Assembly: GCA_050298595.1 (NCBI GenBank)
Contig: JBNKUM010000067.1
Span: 23,660-87,659, forward strand
Source of the DNA: Gammaproteobacteria bacterium
GTDB lineage: Bacteria; Pseudomonadota; Gammaproteobacteria; GCA-001735895
DNA: 64,000 bases
Direction of reading: 5' to 3'
Within the stretch, counting starts at the first letter, position 1; each line of letters starts with the position of its first letter. A program made the position numbers and the translations under genes. This document shows, piece by piece, positions 30,684-43,212 of the stretch. The notes under the pieces were generated by a model. It searched no databases and was not told the origin of the DNA. It saw nothing but the letters and a program-made list of their open reading frames with translations.

Positions 30684-30940
30684 GCAAGTGGGCCAACAAC
30701 AGGTGCATTTTGTTATCCCCTTTTTTTTATTCATATTTATTTTTCACTGCTATACTTTGAGGACTAAAAATACCCAGGGCCAGGCGTATTGTTTTACATC
30801 AGCCAGGAATATGAAATCTAATAAATAGAACGGAGTAGTCAGGTGCTATCTATCTCCTTAATTAAACTGGGTTATCTCAAAGACAATTGTTGTGACTTTT
30901 TACATTCACAGGCTGTGAGCTGCAAAGTACTTTTGTCGCA

Positions 30941-33016
30941 ATGAATAGCTGGAAGTTATGCATTTTGCTCTGTGCATCCGCCTTTTCTTTATCGGCTGTG
31001 GCAGGTAGTGATGACAGGCTCGATCACTTTCTTTCCTTAAGTTTTGAAGATCTGGTGAATCTGGAAACCAGTATAGCCACAGCATCTCGTCAAACCATTT
31101 CTCGAGCACCAGCAGTTGTTTCAGTAATAACAGCAGATGATATCAAGGCAACTGGAGCGGTAAATCTGGTTGACGCTTTACGTACAGTGCCGGGTCTTCA
31201 CATCAGGACAGACCCCTTTGGCAACCGCCCCCTCATCCACTTCCGTGGTTCAAAAGCGGTAAATACTTTGTTAATGGTCAACGGAAACCCAATGAAAGAT
31301 CTTATGTGGGTATTTGGCATATTCTGGAAAGGATTACCCGCCAGTATAATTGATCGCATAGAGATTATCCGAGGACCTGGTTCAGCACTATTTGGTGCCG
31401 ATGCAGCTGCCGGTGTTATTAATGTGATCACTAAAACAGCAGGCAAGACCGAAGGTACAGAAGCAGGCTTACGTATCGGCAGCTTTAACAGCAAAACCAG
31501 CTGGCTACAGCATGGTGGTAACCTTAATGGCTTCGATATTGGGCTCACGGCCAATATTCATGATACGGATGGATATAGTCCGTTTATCTCAAGCGACAAC
31601 CAAACCCTCTATGATCAGGCGCAGACAAGCAATGTTTCGCTTGCACCATCCAATGTGCATTATGGTTGGCATGGCGAAGATCTTCGGCTCTCTATTGGCA
31701 AAGGAAACTGGCGATTACTGGCGGATTATATGGGTCATAACGATATTCAAACCGGCATGACTGGAACTGCTGTGATCGATCCGCTTACTGTGGCCAGTGA
31801 TAGCAGATATAACATTGATGTACTGTATAGCAATGATAACCTGTATGAAGACTGGTTGATCAATGCTGATTTTGGATATGAGCATTTGCAGTATGATTCC
31901 GGTGAAGGGTTTCAGGAACGGCCACCAGGCTTTGTTGATTCCAGTGGCGTTTACCCGAACGGTCTTATCAACCAGATGGAATCGGCTGAGCGTAGTCTGT
32001 CTTTTGAAGCCAGCGGTTTGTATAGTGGTTTTGAAAACCATGTACTTCGCGTCGGTGCGGGTTATTCGGTAAAAGATTTATACTCAGTCGTGCAACGGGT
32101 GAACTTTGGACTGGGACCCGATGGCAATCAGTTGCCCGCTGGTGGACCGCTGGTTGATGTATCGGATACGCCGTACGCATTCGCCCCTGAAAAAAAACGT
32201 GAAATTGCTCATCTGTTTATTCAGGATATCTGGACTATTACTGACGACTGGGAGCTGACTGCTGGTGCGCGCTACGACGACTATTCTGATTTTGGCGATA
32301 CGCTGAATCCACGTCTGGCTCTGGTATGGCAAACTACCGATAAACTAACTAGTAAGTTCATGTATGGAAAAGCATTCCGGGCGCCTTCTTTCCAGCAGCT
32401 TTTTTCTGAAACCTCTCGCGCCCTGCCTAACGACCAGCTTGATGCAGAAGAGTTTGATACGACTGAACTATCACTTTCATATGCCGCAACACAAAAACTT
32501 CAACTATCGATGAATATGTTCCACCTTAATCAGGAAAATATTATTCAGCGTGTGGCAGTCAGCGGTCTAACCAAGAATCAATATAATAACATTGGAGATC
32601 ACTGGACCAGGGGCTTCGAACTCGAAATGAAGTGGCAGACACTGCCGGATCTTAGAATGTCGGCAAACTATGCAGTTCAGCAGCAGAAAGATGATGAGTT
32701 TCGATATTTTCTGGTTCCAGAACAGTCTGCCTACCTGCGTGCTGACTGGTCATTTCACCCCAAATGGAACTGGGATTTTCAGGCAAACTGGATTGGTGAG
32801 CGGGTACGCCCATCTACTGACACCCGCCCCTCACTTGCCGCTTATACGATTAGCGATACAACGCTTCGTTACACCGATTCAAACTCCTGGTCATTTGCCG
32901 CTTCGGTAAGAAATCTTTTTGACGAGGAGGCAAAAGAATATAGTTCGGGTTCTCTTGAGGATGACCTGCCATTACCAGAACGTAGTTTTTATGTTGAGAT
33001 GCAATATAAATTTTAA
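30941..33016 (+). CDS. TonB-dependent receptor
   Basis: Signal peptide, LSFEDLVNLE..ASR, plug IDRIEIIRGPGSALFG..A..GVINVITK, C-terminal YKF. Confidence 0.92.
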   Translation: MNSWKLCILLCASAFSLSAVAGSDDRLDHFLSLSFEDLVNLETSIATASRQTISRAPAVVSVITADDIKATGAVNLVDALRTVPGLHIRTDPFGNRPLIHFRGSKAVNTLLMVNGNPMKDLMWVFGIFWKGLPASIIDRIEIIRGPGSALFGADAAAGVINVITKTAGKTEGTEAGLRIGSFNSKTSWLQHGGNLNGFDIGLTANIHDTDGYSPFISSDNQTLYDQAQTSNVSLAPSNVHYGWHGEDLRLSIGKGNWRLLADYMGHNDIQTGMTGTAVIDPLTVASDSRYNIDVLYSNDNLYEDWLINADFGYEHLQYDSGEGFQERPPGFVDSSGVYPNGLINQMESAERSLSFEASGLYSGFENHVLRVGAGYSVKDLYSVVQRVNFGLGPDGNQLPAGGPLVDVSDTPYAFAPEKKREIAHLFIQDIWTITDDWELTAGARYDDYSDFGDTLNPRLALVWQTTDKLTSKFMYGKAFRAPSFQQLFSETSRALPNDQLDAEEFDTTELSLSYAATQKLQLSMNMFHLNQENIIQRVAVSGLTKNQYNNIGDHWTRGFELEMKWQTLPDLRMSANYAVQQQKDDEFRYFLVPEQSAYLRADWSFHPKWNWDFQANWIGERVRPSTDTRPSLAAYTISDTTLRYTDSNSWSFAASVRNLFDEEAKEYSSGSLEDDLPLPERSFYVEMQYKF

Positions 33017-33077
33017 GGATTGATATCATCAGGATGAAAAGACAAAAAAGAATGGCAAGGCATCTGGCCAACCGGGA

Positions 33078-33650
33078 ATGGAGTATCTGTTGAAGCCTAT
33101 GATAAGGACATGGATGCTGTGGCTTCTACTATGCCTGTTGTCAGGCATGAAAAATATTGCTGTTGCTGAACAATACCCCGCTGAGGTTCATTTATTTAAA
33201 GCTGCTTACATCTACAATTTTGGCAAACTGGTGAGTTGGCCAGAGGGAACCTGGCAATCTCAGGAAAGCCCCTTCACTCTATGTACTCTTGGTCAGGATG
33301 ATGTTATCAATGCGCTAAATAAATTAGGTGGAAGGAAAATTCAAGGCCACCGTGTCACTATTCAATCGTTTAAAAATAATTTCCCTACAGGTCATTGTCA
33401 GATACTGTATATCGCTAAGAGCAGCGCCCACAACTATCCAGATAAACAGGATAAAGCCTCCCAGCAGGCACTATTAACGGTTAGTGAAATTCCTGGCTTT
33501 ATAGATCAGGGTGGCATTATCGAGCTCTATCGAGAAGATAATCGAACCCGCTTTAAGATTAATCTTGGCAAAGCTCGTGAACTGGGTCTCGAGATCAGTT
33601 CTCGATTGTTGACCCTGGCAACATCTGTTGAGGATAAAATAAAACAATGA
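33078..33650 (+). CDS. YfiR/HmsC (DUF4154) periplasmic protein
   Basis: [37 protein letters not shown]. Confidence 0.88.
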   Translation: MEYLLKPMIRTWMLWLLLCLLSGMKNIAVAEQYPAEVHLFKAAYIYNFGKLVSWPEGTWQSQESPFTLCTLGQDDVINALNKLGGRKIQGHRVTIQSFKNNFPTGHCQILYIAKSSAHNYPDKQDKASQQALLTVSEIPGFIDQGGIIELYREDNRTRFKINLGKARELGLEISSRLLTLATSVEDKIKQ

Positions 33651-35547
33651 TCCTCAGAAATGCCAAAATACAGCAAAAGCTGGAAGCTATCATGCTCATC
33701 ACCACGGCAGCTGTATTAGTGCCGTGTATCCTTGCATTCATGTTTCTTGAGGCCTCATCGGCACGTGATGAGGCCATCATACGTTTAGAATCTCTGGCAA
33801 CTGTTTTAGCGGTCAACAGTAGTGCCGCAATTGCTTTCAGGGATGAGAAGGCAGCATCCGAAGTTATCAACAGCCTTTCTTCTCAGGGTGATATCATCTG
33901 GTCAGGCATTCGACTGATGAATGGGGAGCTGTTTATCGTGACTAAATCCGGAAGTTTCGAGAAAACCCGTATCCCAAATATCTGGCTTTCAATGTTCAAA
34001 TCTTTACTGGGTAATATCGAGGTAAAAAAAGCGATTGTATTCGATGGGTCCAAGCTTGGTGATTTCATCATTATTGGTGATATGAGTCGGCTGTATCATC
34101 ATCTCATTCAGCAAATATACGTCGGCCTGGGCATGTTTGTTATCGCCATGCTAATAGCTCTGGTTCTGGCTGATCGGCTGCAACTGGTAGTTTCTGTGCC
34201 GGTAAAGAGATTGCTAGAAACCATGGAAAAAGTCATAGCAGGAAAAGGTTTTGGCTTTAGAGCTGAACGAGTCAGTAATGACGAACTTGGTATTTTGGTC
34301 GATGGGTTCAACGAGATGCTGCAAAAGATTCAATCCTATGATGAAGAACTGAATAGTCAGCAGAAAAATCTTGAGCTGCAGGTTATAGAGAGAACCCAGC
34401 AGCTACAGGAGTCAAAGATACAGGCTGAATCAGCCAATAAGGCAAAAAGTCTTTTTCTTGCCACCATGAGTCATGAGATACGAACGCCTTTGAATGGTGT
34501 GGTGGGGATGATTCAGGTGTTACGCGAAACGGCGCTGGATAAAGAGCAGCAAAAGTATATCGAGACTCTGGATAGCTCAAGTAAGAGTCTGATGATGCTG
34601 ATTGATGACCTGCTTGATCTTTCAAAAATCGAGTCGGGGAAACTGATATTGGACATTGAACCTTTCTCAAGTAGACAGTGGATAGGCGATATTAGAAATC
34701 TGGTCAGCCCTCTTTTTGACGGTACTCAGGTCGAATTCGACATTAAAGTAAGCAATAACTTGCCGGCCTATCTGCAAGGAGATGCTGCCCGACTGCTTCA
34801 GATCGTAGTGAATCTTGTGACTAATGCGGCCAAATTTACCCGATTTGGAAGGGTGACATTAGATATAGGCGGCCAGCCAGCAAAACAGGGTTATTATGAT
34901 TTGAGGCTATCCGTTGAAGATACCGGAATTGGCATACAGGAAGATAAGCTGGATCTCATCTTCAAAGCTTTTCAACAATTAGAAGTGGACCAGATCACCA
35001 ATAAAGGGGTCGGCCTTGGGCTTGCGATATGCAAGAGGTTGGCAGATATCATGCAAGGAAGCCTGCGCGTTACCTCTCAACCTGAAGAGGGAAGTTGCTT
35101 TACCTTAGAGGTGACTCTGGCTGAAGCTGAAGTAGGCAGTGATAGCGTCAATAGTGACAATATGCTGGTCATAAACCGGAACCTTTCGGTTCTATTGGTT
35201 GATGATGACAATATAAATCGTTTTGTTGCACGGTCATTACTGGAAAATGTCGGAATAAAAATCACTGAAGCTCAGAATGGTCAAATTGCCTATGACAAAG
35301 TCAAACAGCAGGCATTTGACCTGATTTTAATGGATATTCAAATGCCTGTAGTGGATGGCATAACAGCGACAAAAATGATTCGAGAATCCGAGGGTGAGGC
35401 TCATCGAGTTCCTATCATCGGTATAAGTGCCAGCGTCATGAGTGATGAAAAAATTCGCTATCTTGATTCGGGTATGGATGCTGTAGTTGAGAAACCATTG
35501 GTGGTCGAGAAGCTGTTTAAAACTATTCAATCCCTGCTGTATAAGTA

Positions 35548-35548
<1 letters not shown>
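33647..35548 (+). CDS. Hybrid histidine kinase with YfiN-like (CHASE8-like) periplasmic domain, HAMP, HisKA, HATPase and REC
   Basis: N..AAIAF.D..AA.E motif, [32 protein letters not shown]. Confidence 0.9.
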
Positions 35549-35728
<180 letters not shown>

Positions 35729-36061
35729 TCAGTTAGAAAAAGAGCAAACAGATAACTTGTTGAAAAATAGGTAAAAATCAATGCGATTGCCTGCAAATTC
35801 TGTTCACTCATTGGGCAACCTGATAAAGCTATAAGCATTTGTGAAAAATACATGTCCAACTGCGGAATCCAGGATTATTTTGCCAATCCTCGAATTGTCC
35901 GTAGAGAGCTATACGGAATAGCTACTTATCGCTGCTTTACCAAAAAGTAATTGCTGAGTTTAATTGACGCAATATGCATATATCTTAAATAATTAATGCG
36001 ACATGATATTTAATAAGCTACAGTACGCAATATAAACAACAATTACACATATGTCGACATC

Positions 36062-37552
36062 ATGAAAGATACGAATCTACCTCCATCTGTCCTCCACAAT
36101 CGGCTCGATAGCCATGGCAAAGCTATAGCCTGGGACACTCAGTCATTTCATGACGCACTGATCGCTGCTGGTGCCAACCACTCGTTGCGGACTTCGGAAA
36201 GAGAGCTGGAGAATCTACTCCCTGCTGCCGTATCGGTGGACAATCTGATCGATGAGACAGGTCGTCAAGCTCTGAAGCTGGTCGTCAGGCAACTGCTGGA
36301 TGATGTTAAACGCAAGCGCCACCAGTCCTTGATCCTGCAGCTTGTTGCCTTGCCTGAATCCGGATATCTGTTGCTGGCAAACGATGGTCGTTCTGGCAGG
36401 AGATGGATTTTTATTAATGAGCTGGATCATCAGACGCTGATAGATGCACTGGACTTATTGGCCGCCGGAAAAACTACATTGTTCTGGCCACATGGCGAGG
36501 TGACAAAATATTGCAGAGATCTGGTGCGGGTACAGGGCAGCATCAAACTCGATTTAGCATCAGGAACTGCTGCATCTCTGGCTACCGTAATATACCGTGA
36601 GCCCCTTACGCTACAGACCCAGACTCGCCAGAGTGCCGAGTTGATCGAGAAGGCACAACTCTCGCACCTGGACAGGTTAGAGGCCGAGAGCATCTATATC
36701 ATCCGGGAGGTTGTTGCCCAGGCGGAAAACCCTGTCATGCTCTACTCAATCGGCAAAGACTCATCTGTGATGTTGCATCTGGCCAAAAAGGCGTTCTACC
36801 CCAGCCCGCCTCCATTCCCGTTGATGCATGTAGATACGCGCTGGAAATTCACCGCTATGTATGACTTTCGGGATCGCATGGCAGAAGAAGTAGGTATGGA
36901 TCTGATTGTTCACACCAATCCTGAAGGCATAGAAAAAAATATCAACCCCTACGACCATGGCAGTGCGCTACACACCGACGTGATGAAAACTCAGGGCCTG
37001 AAACAGGCACTGGACAAATACAAATTTGATGCTGCCCTTGGTGGGGCCAGAAGAGACGAGGAAAAAAGCAGAGCGAAGGAAAGGGTCTTCTCGTTCAGAT
37101 CCACAGCCCATCGCTGGGACCCGAAGAACCAGAGGCCAGAGCTGTGGAATCTATACAACGGGTACAAGAAAAAGGATGAAAGCATCCGCGTGTTTCCTTT
37201 GTCCAACTGGACAGAGCTGGATATCTGGCAATACATATATCGAGAGAGCATACCCATCGTTCCTCTTTATTTCGCGGCAGAACGGCCAGTTGTTATGCAG
37301 GATGGCATGCTGGTGCTGGTGGACGATGACAGAATGCACCTGTTTGAAGATGACAAGATTGAAATCCGCAAGGTACGTTTCCGTACACTGGGTTGCTATC
37401 CGCTGACCGGTGCCGTCGAATCAGAGGCGGACAATCTCTCCTCTATCGTTCTTGAACTGCTACAGAGCAGAACCAGCGAACGAGAGGGTCGAGCCATAGA
37501 TAGTGATTCATCTGCATCCATGGAAAAGAAAAAACAGGAGGGCTACTTCTGA
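36062..37552 (+). CDS. cysD: Sulfate adenylyltransferase subunit 2 with about 195-aa N-terminal extension
   Basis: [58 protein letters not shown]. Confidence 0.92.
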   Translation: MKDTNLPPSVLHNRLDSHGKAIAWDTQSFHDALIAAGANHSLRTSERELENLLPAAVSVDNLIDETGRQALKLVVRQLLDDVKRKRHQSLILQLVALPESGYLLLANDGRSGRRWIFINELDHQTLIDALDLLAAGKTTLFWPHGEVTKYCRDLVRVQGSIKLDLASGTAASLATVIYREPLTLQTQTRQSAELIEKAQLSHLDRLEAESIYIIREVVAQAENPVMLYSIGKDSSVMLHLAKKAFYPSPPPFPLMHVDTRWKFTAMYDFRDRMAEEVGMDLIVHTNPEGIEKNINPYDHGSALHTDVMKTQGLKQALDKYKFDAALGGARRDEEKSRAKERVFSFRSTAHRWDPKNQRPELWNLYNGYKKKDESIRVFPLSNWTELDIWQYIYRESIPIVPLYFAAERPVVMQDGMLVLVDDDRMHLFEDDKIEIRKVRFRTLGCYPLTGAVESEADNLSSIVLELLQSRTSEREGRAIDSDSSASMEKKKQEGYF

Positions 37553-39420
37553 TGAACGAGCTTATTAAACAGGTCGATGACTACATAGAAACTCAGTCAA
37601 AACTTGACCTTCTCAGATTCATCACTTGCGGTAGCGTGGATGACGGCAAGAGCACACTTATCGGCAGGATGCTGTATGATGCTCAGTTACTCTTTGAAGA
37701 TCAGGTTAGCGCTCTTCAGAGCGATTCCAGAAAGATGGGAACCCAGGGGGGCGATATAGACTTCGCGTTGCTGGTCGATGGACTGGGAGCCGAACGGGAA
37801 CAGGGAATTACCATTGATGTAGCCTACCGCTACTTCAATACCGACAGACGAAAGTTTATCGTGGCGGATACACCGGGGTACGAACAGTACACCCGTAACA
37901 TGGTAACCGGGGCCTCTACTGCAGACGTCGCTGTGATACTTGTGGATGCATCGCAGGGGATTCTTAGTCAGACCCGCAGGCACTCATTCATCGCTTCGCT
38001 GCTGGGTATCAAGCATGTGGTCCTTGCGATCAACAAAATGGATATAGTCGACTATAAAGAAACGATATTCGATCAAATCCATGAAGCCTACCTGAATTTT
38101 GCCGAGCTACTGAACTTTGAGGCTATCACAGCCATTCCGCTATCGGCACTGAAGGGCGACAACGTTATTCAGCGCTCCAAAATGACAGACTGGTATCACG
38201 GCCCAACCTTGCTGGGTTTCCTGGAAACCGTTGATGTTCGAAAATCCCAGCTAGACTATCCATTCCGCTACCCGGTTCAGTGGGTTAATCGTCCAAATTC
38301 TGAATTCCGTGGTTTTTCTGGTACTGTCGTCGCTGGCAGTATTGCGCGCGGCGAAGCAGTCAGAGTGCTGCCTTCTGGAGAAGTCGCCAATGTGAAGGAA
38401 ATCGTACTGTATCAGGATCAGCTCAGCCGCTGTGTTGCTGATCAGTCCGTTACCATTACCCTGGACAGGGAGATCGATATTTCACGCGGAGACATACTCG
38501 TTACCGCTGATGACCCCTGTGAAGTATCCGACCAGTTTGAGGTTACCCTCGTCTGGATGGATCAGGAAGAAGGTTTTGCCGGTCGCTCCTACCTGATGAA
38601 AATTGGCACCCAGCTGGTTAATGCCACAATCACAGACATCAAATACAAGTACGACATCAATACACACGACCGGCTCTCCTCCAAGACATTGCACCTCAAT
38701 GAAATTGGTCGCGCCACCATAAGTCTCGACAAAGCAGTACCTTTTGAGGCCTACGAAAAATGCAGGCAAATGGGAGCCTTCGTACTAATTGACCGCTACC
38801 GTTTCGCCACGGTATCAGCCGGGATGATTTCTTTCGCCCTGCGTCGCGCGAGTAATGTACACACCCAGGCCCTCACTGTTGACAGAGCAGCACGGGAACG
38901 GCTGAATAATCACAGCGGCAAGGTCATCTGGTTTACAGGGCTGAGCGGATCAGGAAAGTCGACGCTGGCTAACGCCATGGAACAACAGCTGTACAAACGG
39001 GGTATTCGCACCTACATACTGGATGGTGACAATGTCCGACAGGGACTCAACAAGGATCTAGGCTTTACCGATGCAGACAGAGTCGAAAATATCCGGCGCA
39101 TTGCCGAGGTGGCCAAACTCATGGTTGATGCTGGTCTGGTGGTGATGACCGCCTTCATTTCTCCATTCCGTTCAGAGCGCGACATGGCGCGCTCTCTGTT
39201 CGGCGAAGGTGAGTTTATAGAGGTGTTTGTCGATACGCCACTGGCGATAGCTGAGGAGCGAGATCCGAAAGGACTGTACAGGAAAGCTCGTCGTGGAGAA
39301 CTACCCCACTTTACCGGCATAGACAGCCCTTACGAAGCACCGGAAGCGCCCGAACTTGATTTGAATACAGGAAGCTTATCGATTGACGAATGTGTCGAGA
39401 AGTTGCTGAAATTATTCTGA
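37552..39420 (+). CDS. cysNC: Bifunctional sulfate adenylyltransferase subunit 1 / APS kinase (CysNC/NodQ-type)
   Basis: [27 protein letters not shown]; C-terminal [26 protein letters not shown]. Confidence 0.93.
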   Translation: MNELIKQVDDYIETQSKLDLLRFITCGSVDDGKSTLIGRMLYDAQLLFEDQVSALQSDSRKMGTQGGDIDFALLVDGLGAEREQGITIDVAYRYFNTDRRKFIVADTPGYEQYTRNMVTGASTADVAVILVDASQGILSQTRRHSFIASLLGIKHVVLAINKMDIVDYKETIFDQIHEAYLNFAELLNFEAITAIPLSALKGDNVIQRSKMTDWYHGPTLLGFLETVDVRKSQLDYPFRYPVQWVNRPNSEFRGFSGTVVAGSIARGEAVRVLPSGEVANVKEIVLYQDQLSRCVADQSVTITLDREIDISRGDILVTADDPCEVSDQFEVTLVWMDQEEGFAGRSYLMKIGTQLVNATITDIKYKYDINTHDRLSSKTLHLNEIGRATISLDKAVPFEAYEKCRQMGAFVLIDRYRFATVSAGMISFALRRASNVHTQALTVDRAARERLNNHSGKVIWFTGLSGSGKSTLANAMEQQLYKRGIRTYILDGDNVRQGLNKDLGFTDADRVENIRRIAEVAKLMVDAGLVVMTAFISPFRSERDMARSLFGEGEFIEVFVDTPLAIAEERDPKGLYRKARRGELPHFTGIDSPYEAPEAPELDLNTGSLSIDECVEKLLKLF

Positions 39421-39549
39421 TGAATAAGTCCTACTACAGAGAAACGCATCTCTAAAGCATGGCAAAAGTACTGTCCTGGTGGGTGACGGCAACGCTCACC
39501 AGGGGCCTCATTGCGTTCTTTATAACCAGTGATTTTATACGGCTCTGAC

Positions 39550-40204
39550 CATCCAGTGATCATGGCAAAGGATACCCTTGAAATGAGGCAGGATGCCGGT
39601 TTCATCGGCCTGAGCCAGTTTGTCTTTAGTCAACTGTTCAAATTGGAATAAACTCGACGATATAGGGATCATCCGTCTTTTTCAGCATCTTGCCCATATA
39701 CCCTGTTTGAGCTCCTGAGGGTTTGTCTGATTTCTTGTGTGAGGTCTTTAAACGATTTGGATCACTCGACGGTGGCTTGCTGCTGTTTTTACTGGTCAGT
39801 GTTGTGCGGTTTATCAGCACAGAAACTAACAGCAGCAGAACCTTTAAAGCGGCTCGAACAGAAGATGACAGTCCAAGTTCCTGGTCAATCAGTTGCCGGG
39901 CATTATGGAGAGTCTTTTCAACCTCAATCGAATCTATTTTCAATGGATACACCCGTCCCTTTCAGTACAGGGGTATTCTCGTATGACTTTTCAGGGGCGA
40001 CTTTTTCTCTTTGTATAGCTCTGTGCGCCGTTAAAAAAATGAATTCATGAATGGGGTCACTGTCATGCTGTTAAAGCAATTAAACATTATCAGGTACGAC
40101 CTGAGTACGCTTTATTATACGATTGATAATTCTTGTGAAATTTTCAAAAAACCTATGAAATCCACCCAAGCTTTTTTTATGATTAATTTACGGTGAGTAG
40201 TTAC
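39550..40204 (-). mobile_element. Internally deleted IS66-family element
   Basis: Left end GTAACTACTCACC (40204-40192); ORF 39638-39952 with NSSKPPSSD motif; downstream fragment ADETG joined to ILPHFKGILCHDHW. Confidence 0.72.
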
Positions 40205-40470
40205 ACTTAAATTTTAAATAAGTGTTATAAATCTGTGCATAAATATGGGGCAGAGAGCATTATTCTCTAATGCTGGAATCAATGGCTCTATGCTCCGGAC
40301 TTTAGCAGTAATCTTTCACCAGCTCTGAATAATATTAAGCGCGCTCGGTTAGAACTTGATTTTGTCCATGTTTCTATATAAATACACTGTATTGAGTATT
40401 TGTATAGAAAGAATTTGATTATTGAGTAGTATCGTGGCCACAATGTTCCTATTCACTAAGATCTTAAGCT

Positions 40471-41964
40471 ATGGCAAATAAAAATATAGACGTCCTTTTA
40501 GTCGGTGCGGGAGCAATGAGCGCGACTTTAGGCTCTATGCTCAACCAGCTCGATCAAAACCTTACTATCACCATGGTAGAAAAGCTCGATAAGCCATTAC
40601 AGGAAAGTAGCGATGGCTGGAATAATGCAGGCACTGGACATGCCGCTTATTGCGAACTCAACTACACGCCAGAGAAAGAGGACGGAAGTATCGACGTCCA
40701 TAGAGCCTATGGTATCAATGCGCGCTACGAAGTAAGCCTGCAATACTGGTCACATCTGGTTAAGAGTGGAGCACTACCATCGCCAGAAAAGTTCATTAAC
40801 CCTGTCCCGCATATTAGTTTTGTATGGGGTGAGGCAAACGTAGAGTTTTTACGTAAACGTCATCAGTTATTAATTGAACACCCGATGTTTGAACAAATGG
40901 AGTTTACCGAAGACCACGAAGTTTTAAAGCAGTGGCTCCCTTTAATGATGAAAAACAGAGATCCTGCGCAAAAGCTCGCTGCTACCAGGGTTTCTTATGG
41001 AACCGATGTGAATTTTGCTGCCGTAAGTAGAGGCATGATTAATCACCTGAAAACTCAGGATAGCTTCAACCTACTACTTAACAGCTCGGTTGAAGATTTA
41101 GTACAAAACCCTGACTCAAGCTGGCAAGCCACTATAAAGAATATTCAGACTGGAGAGACTGAAAAAATTAACGCAAAATTTGTATTTATAGGAGCTGGTG
41201 GGGCAGCACTTCCTCTATTGCAAAAATCAGGGATTGAGAATATTAATGGTTATGCCGGTTTTCCGGTGAGTGGTCAGTGGCTGGTGTGCAAAAATCCGGA
41301 TATTGTTAATCAGCACATGGCGAAGGCGTATGGTAAAGCACCGTTAAACGGGCCACCGATGTCTGTACCCCATCTGGACACGCGAATAATCGACGGTGAA
41401 AAAGCCTTATTATTTGGCCCTTTTGCCGGGTTCACTACCAAATTTTTAATCCATGGTTCTATTTTTGATTTATTTAAATCTATTCGTTTAGACAACCTCT
41501 GGCCGTTATTAAATGTTGGCTTAAGAAACTTTGCCCTGATTAAATACCTGATCACTGAAGTCCTGCAAACACATAAGTCGCGCATGGTTGCTTTACGAGA
41601 TTTCTATCCTGATGCCAAAAGTTCTGACTGGAAGCTGGCTAAAGCTGGCCAACGCGTTCAAATCATCAAAAAATGTCCCGAAAAGGGTGGCAAATTAGAG
41701 TTTGGAACAGAGGTTGTACACTCGAATGATGGCACATTAGCAGGCTTACTGGGCGCATCTCCTGGCGCATCATTACTGGTACCAATTATTTTAGAAGTTA
41801 TTGAAGATTGTTTTAGCGAAAAGCTGGCGACACCGGAATGGCATAAAAAGATTAGACAAATTATCCCATCCTATGGAATATCCATCGTTTCCCATAAGGA
41901 TTTATTTATGTCGATTCGTGAAGACACTTTATCTACGCTAAAATTAAACAGGAATTTAAATTGA
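40471..41964 (+). CDS. mqo: Malate:quinone oxidoreductase
   Basis: VGAGAMSATLG, WNNAGTGHAAYCELNYT, PPMSVPHLDTR, AGQRVQIIK, LLGASPGAS. Confidence 0.95.
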   Translation: MANKNIDVLLVGAGAMSATLGSMLNQLDQNLTITMVEKLDKPLQESSDGWNNAGTGHAAYCELNYTPEKEDGSIDVHRAYGINARYEVSLQYWSHLVKSGALPSPEKFINPVPHISFVWGEANVEFLRKRHQLLIEHPMFEQMEFTEDHEVLKQWLPLMMKNRDPAQKLAATRVSYGTDVNFAAVSRGMINHLKTQDSFNLLLNSSVEDLVQNPDSSWQATIKNIQTGETEKINAKFVFIGAGGAALPLLQKSGIENINGYAGFPVSGQWLVCKNPDIVNQHMAKAYGKAPLNGPPMSVPHLDTRIIDGEKALLFGPFAGFTTKFLIHGSIFDLFKSIRLDNLWPLLNVGLRNFALIKYLITEVLQTHKSRMVALRDFYPDAKSSDWKLAKAGQRVQIIKKCPEKGGKLEFGTEVVHSNDGTLAGLLGASPGASLLVPIILEVIEDCFSEKLATPEWHKKIRQIIPSYGISIVSHKDLFMSIREDTLSTLKLNRNLN

Positions 41965-41966
41965 AC

Positions 41967-41998
41967 CTGAATCCGCAGTGGCTCAACTGCGGATCCAG
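41967..41998. terminator. Hairpin between convergent mqo and prpF
   Basis: ATCCGCAGT-GGCTCA-ACTGCGGAT perfect 9-bp stem. Confidence 0.5.
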
Positions 41999-42013
41999 CT
42001 TGAAAGAAGTTTC

Positions 42014-43192
42014 CTAAAAACAATCCCCCGGCACACGAACCCAGCCTTCCATCAATACTCGTGCACTGCGACTCATAGCGACTTTCTTTACTGCCCATAG
42101 TCCATCAACTTCAGTGGCTTCTGCGCCCACCTTTAAGGTACCTGAAGGATGTCCAAAAACAACAGAATCCCGTTCACCGCCACCGGCGGCCAGATTAACC
42201 AGCGTACCGGGTATGGTTGCAGCGGTACCGATGGCAACTGCCGCTGTGCCCATCATCGCATGGTGTAATTTGCCCATGGATAAGGCGCGAACATTAAGGT
42301 CAATATCTGTGGCATTAATCTGTTTGGCGCTGGATGAGGTATAAGCCTGGGCTGGTGACACAAAAGCCACCTTGGGTGTATGCTGGCGCGCAGCAGCATC
42401 TTCCAGTTTCTCAATCAAGCCCATTCTGATCGCGCCATGTGCGCGGATGCTTTCAAACATCGCCAGTGCTTTTTCGTCGCTATTAATGCTGTCCTGTAAT
42501 TCGGTGCCAGAGTAACCGATATCGGCGGCATTCAGGAATATAGTCGGGATACCGGCATTGATCATAGTGGCGTTAAATGTGCCAATGCCTGGAACCTCAA
42601 GTTTGTCGACCAGATTTCCAGTGGGGAACATATCGCCTTCACCATCGGCGGGATCGAGAAACTCAACCTTCACTTCGGCAGCAGGGAAGGTGACGCCATC
42701 CAGCTCAAAATCTCCGGTTTCCTGAACCTCACCATTGGTCATGGGTACATGCGCAATAATGGTTTTTTTGATATTGGCCTGCCAGATGCGCACCACTGCG
42801 GTACCATTTACAGGTACTCGCTCAGGGTCTACCAGTCCACTGCTGATGGCAAATGAACCAACCGCTGCGGTCAGGTTGCCACAGTTACCACTCCAGTCTA
42901 CGAAAGGCCTGTCGATGGAGACCTGTCCGAACAGGTAATCCACGTCATGCTCCGGCTGGCTGCTTTTGGACAGGATAACGGTCTTGCTGGTGCTTGAAGT
43001 CGCACCACCCATACCATCGGTTTGTTTGCCGTAAGGGTCCGGGCTGCCGATAACACGCAATAATAATTTATCGCGCGCTTCACCGGGAACCTGTGCCGAT
43101 TCGGGTAAATCACTCAGGTTAAAGAAAACGCCCTTGCTGGTACCGCCACGAATATAGGTAGCAGGTATCTTAATTTGTGGTACGTGGGTCAT
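42014..43192 (-). CDS. prpF: 2-methylaconitate cis-trans isomerase
   Basis: YIRGGTSKGVFF, GSPDPYGKQ, SGNCGNL, SMGKLHHAMMGT, SRSARVLMEG. Confidence 0.95.
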   Translation of the reverse strand: MTHVPQIKIPATYIRGGTSKGVFFNLSDLPESAQVPGEARDKLLLRVIGSPDPYGKQTDGMGGATSSTSKTVILSKSSQPEHDVDYLFGQVSIDRPFVDWSGNCGNLTAAVGSFAISSGLVDPERVPVNGTAVVRIWQANIKKTIIAHVPMTNGEVQETGDFELDGVTFPAAEVKVEFLDPADGEGDMFPTGNLVDKLEVPGIGTFNATMINAGIPTIFLNAADIGYSGTELQDSINSDEKALAMFESIRAHGAIRMGLIEKLEDAAARQHTPKVAFVSPAQAYTSSSAKQINATDIDLNVRALSMGKLHHAMMGTAAVAIGTAATIPGTLVNLAAGGGERDSVVFGHPSGTLKVGAEATEVDGLWAVKKVAMSRSARVLMEGWVRVPGDCF

Positions 43193-43212
43193 AGTTATTT
43201 GATCTCTTGTTT

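Noticed and set aside
35975-36061. CysB-like AT-rich box (TGCATATAT, shared with ~1124) and ATGTCGACAT palindrome before cysD
   Set aside because: Low-complexity or short matches expected by chance
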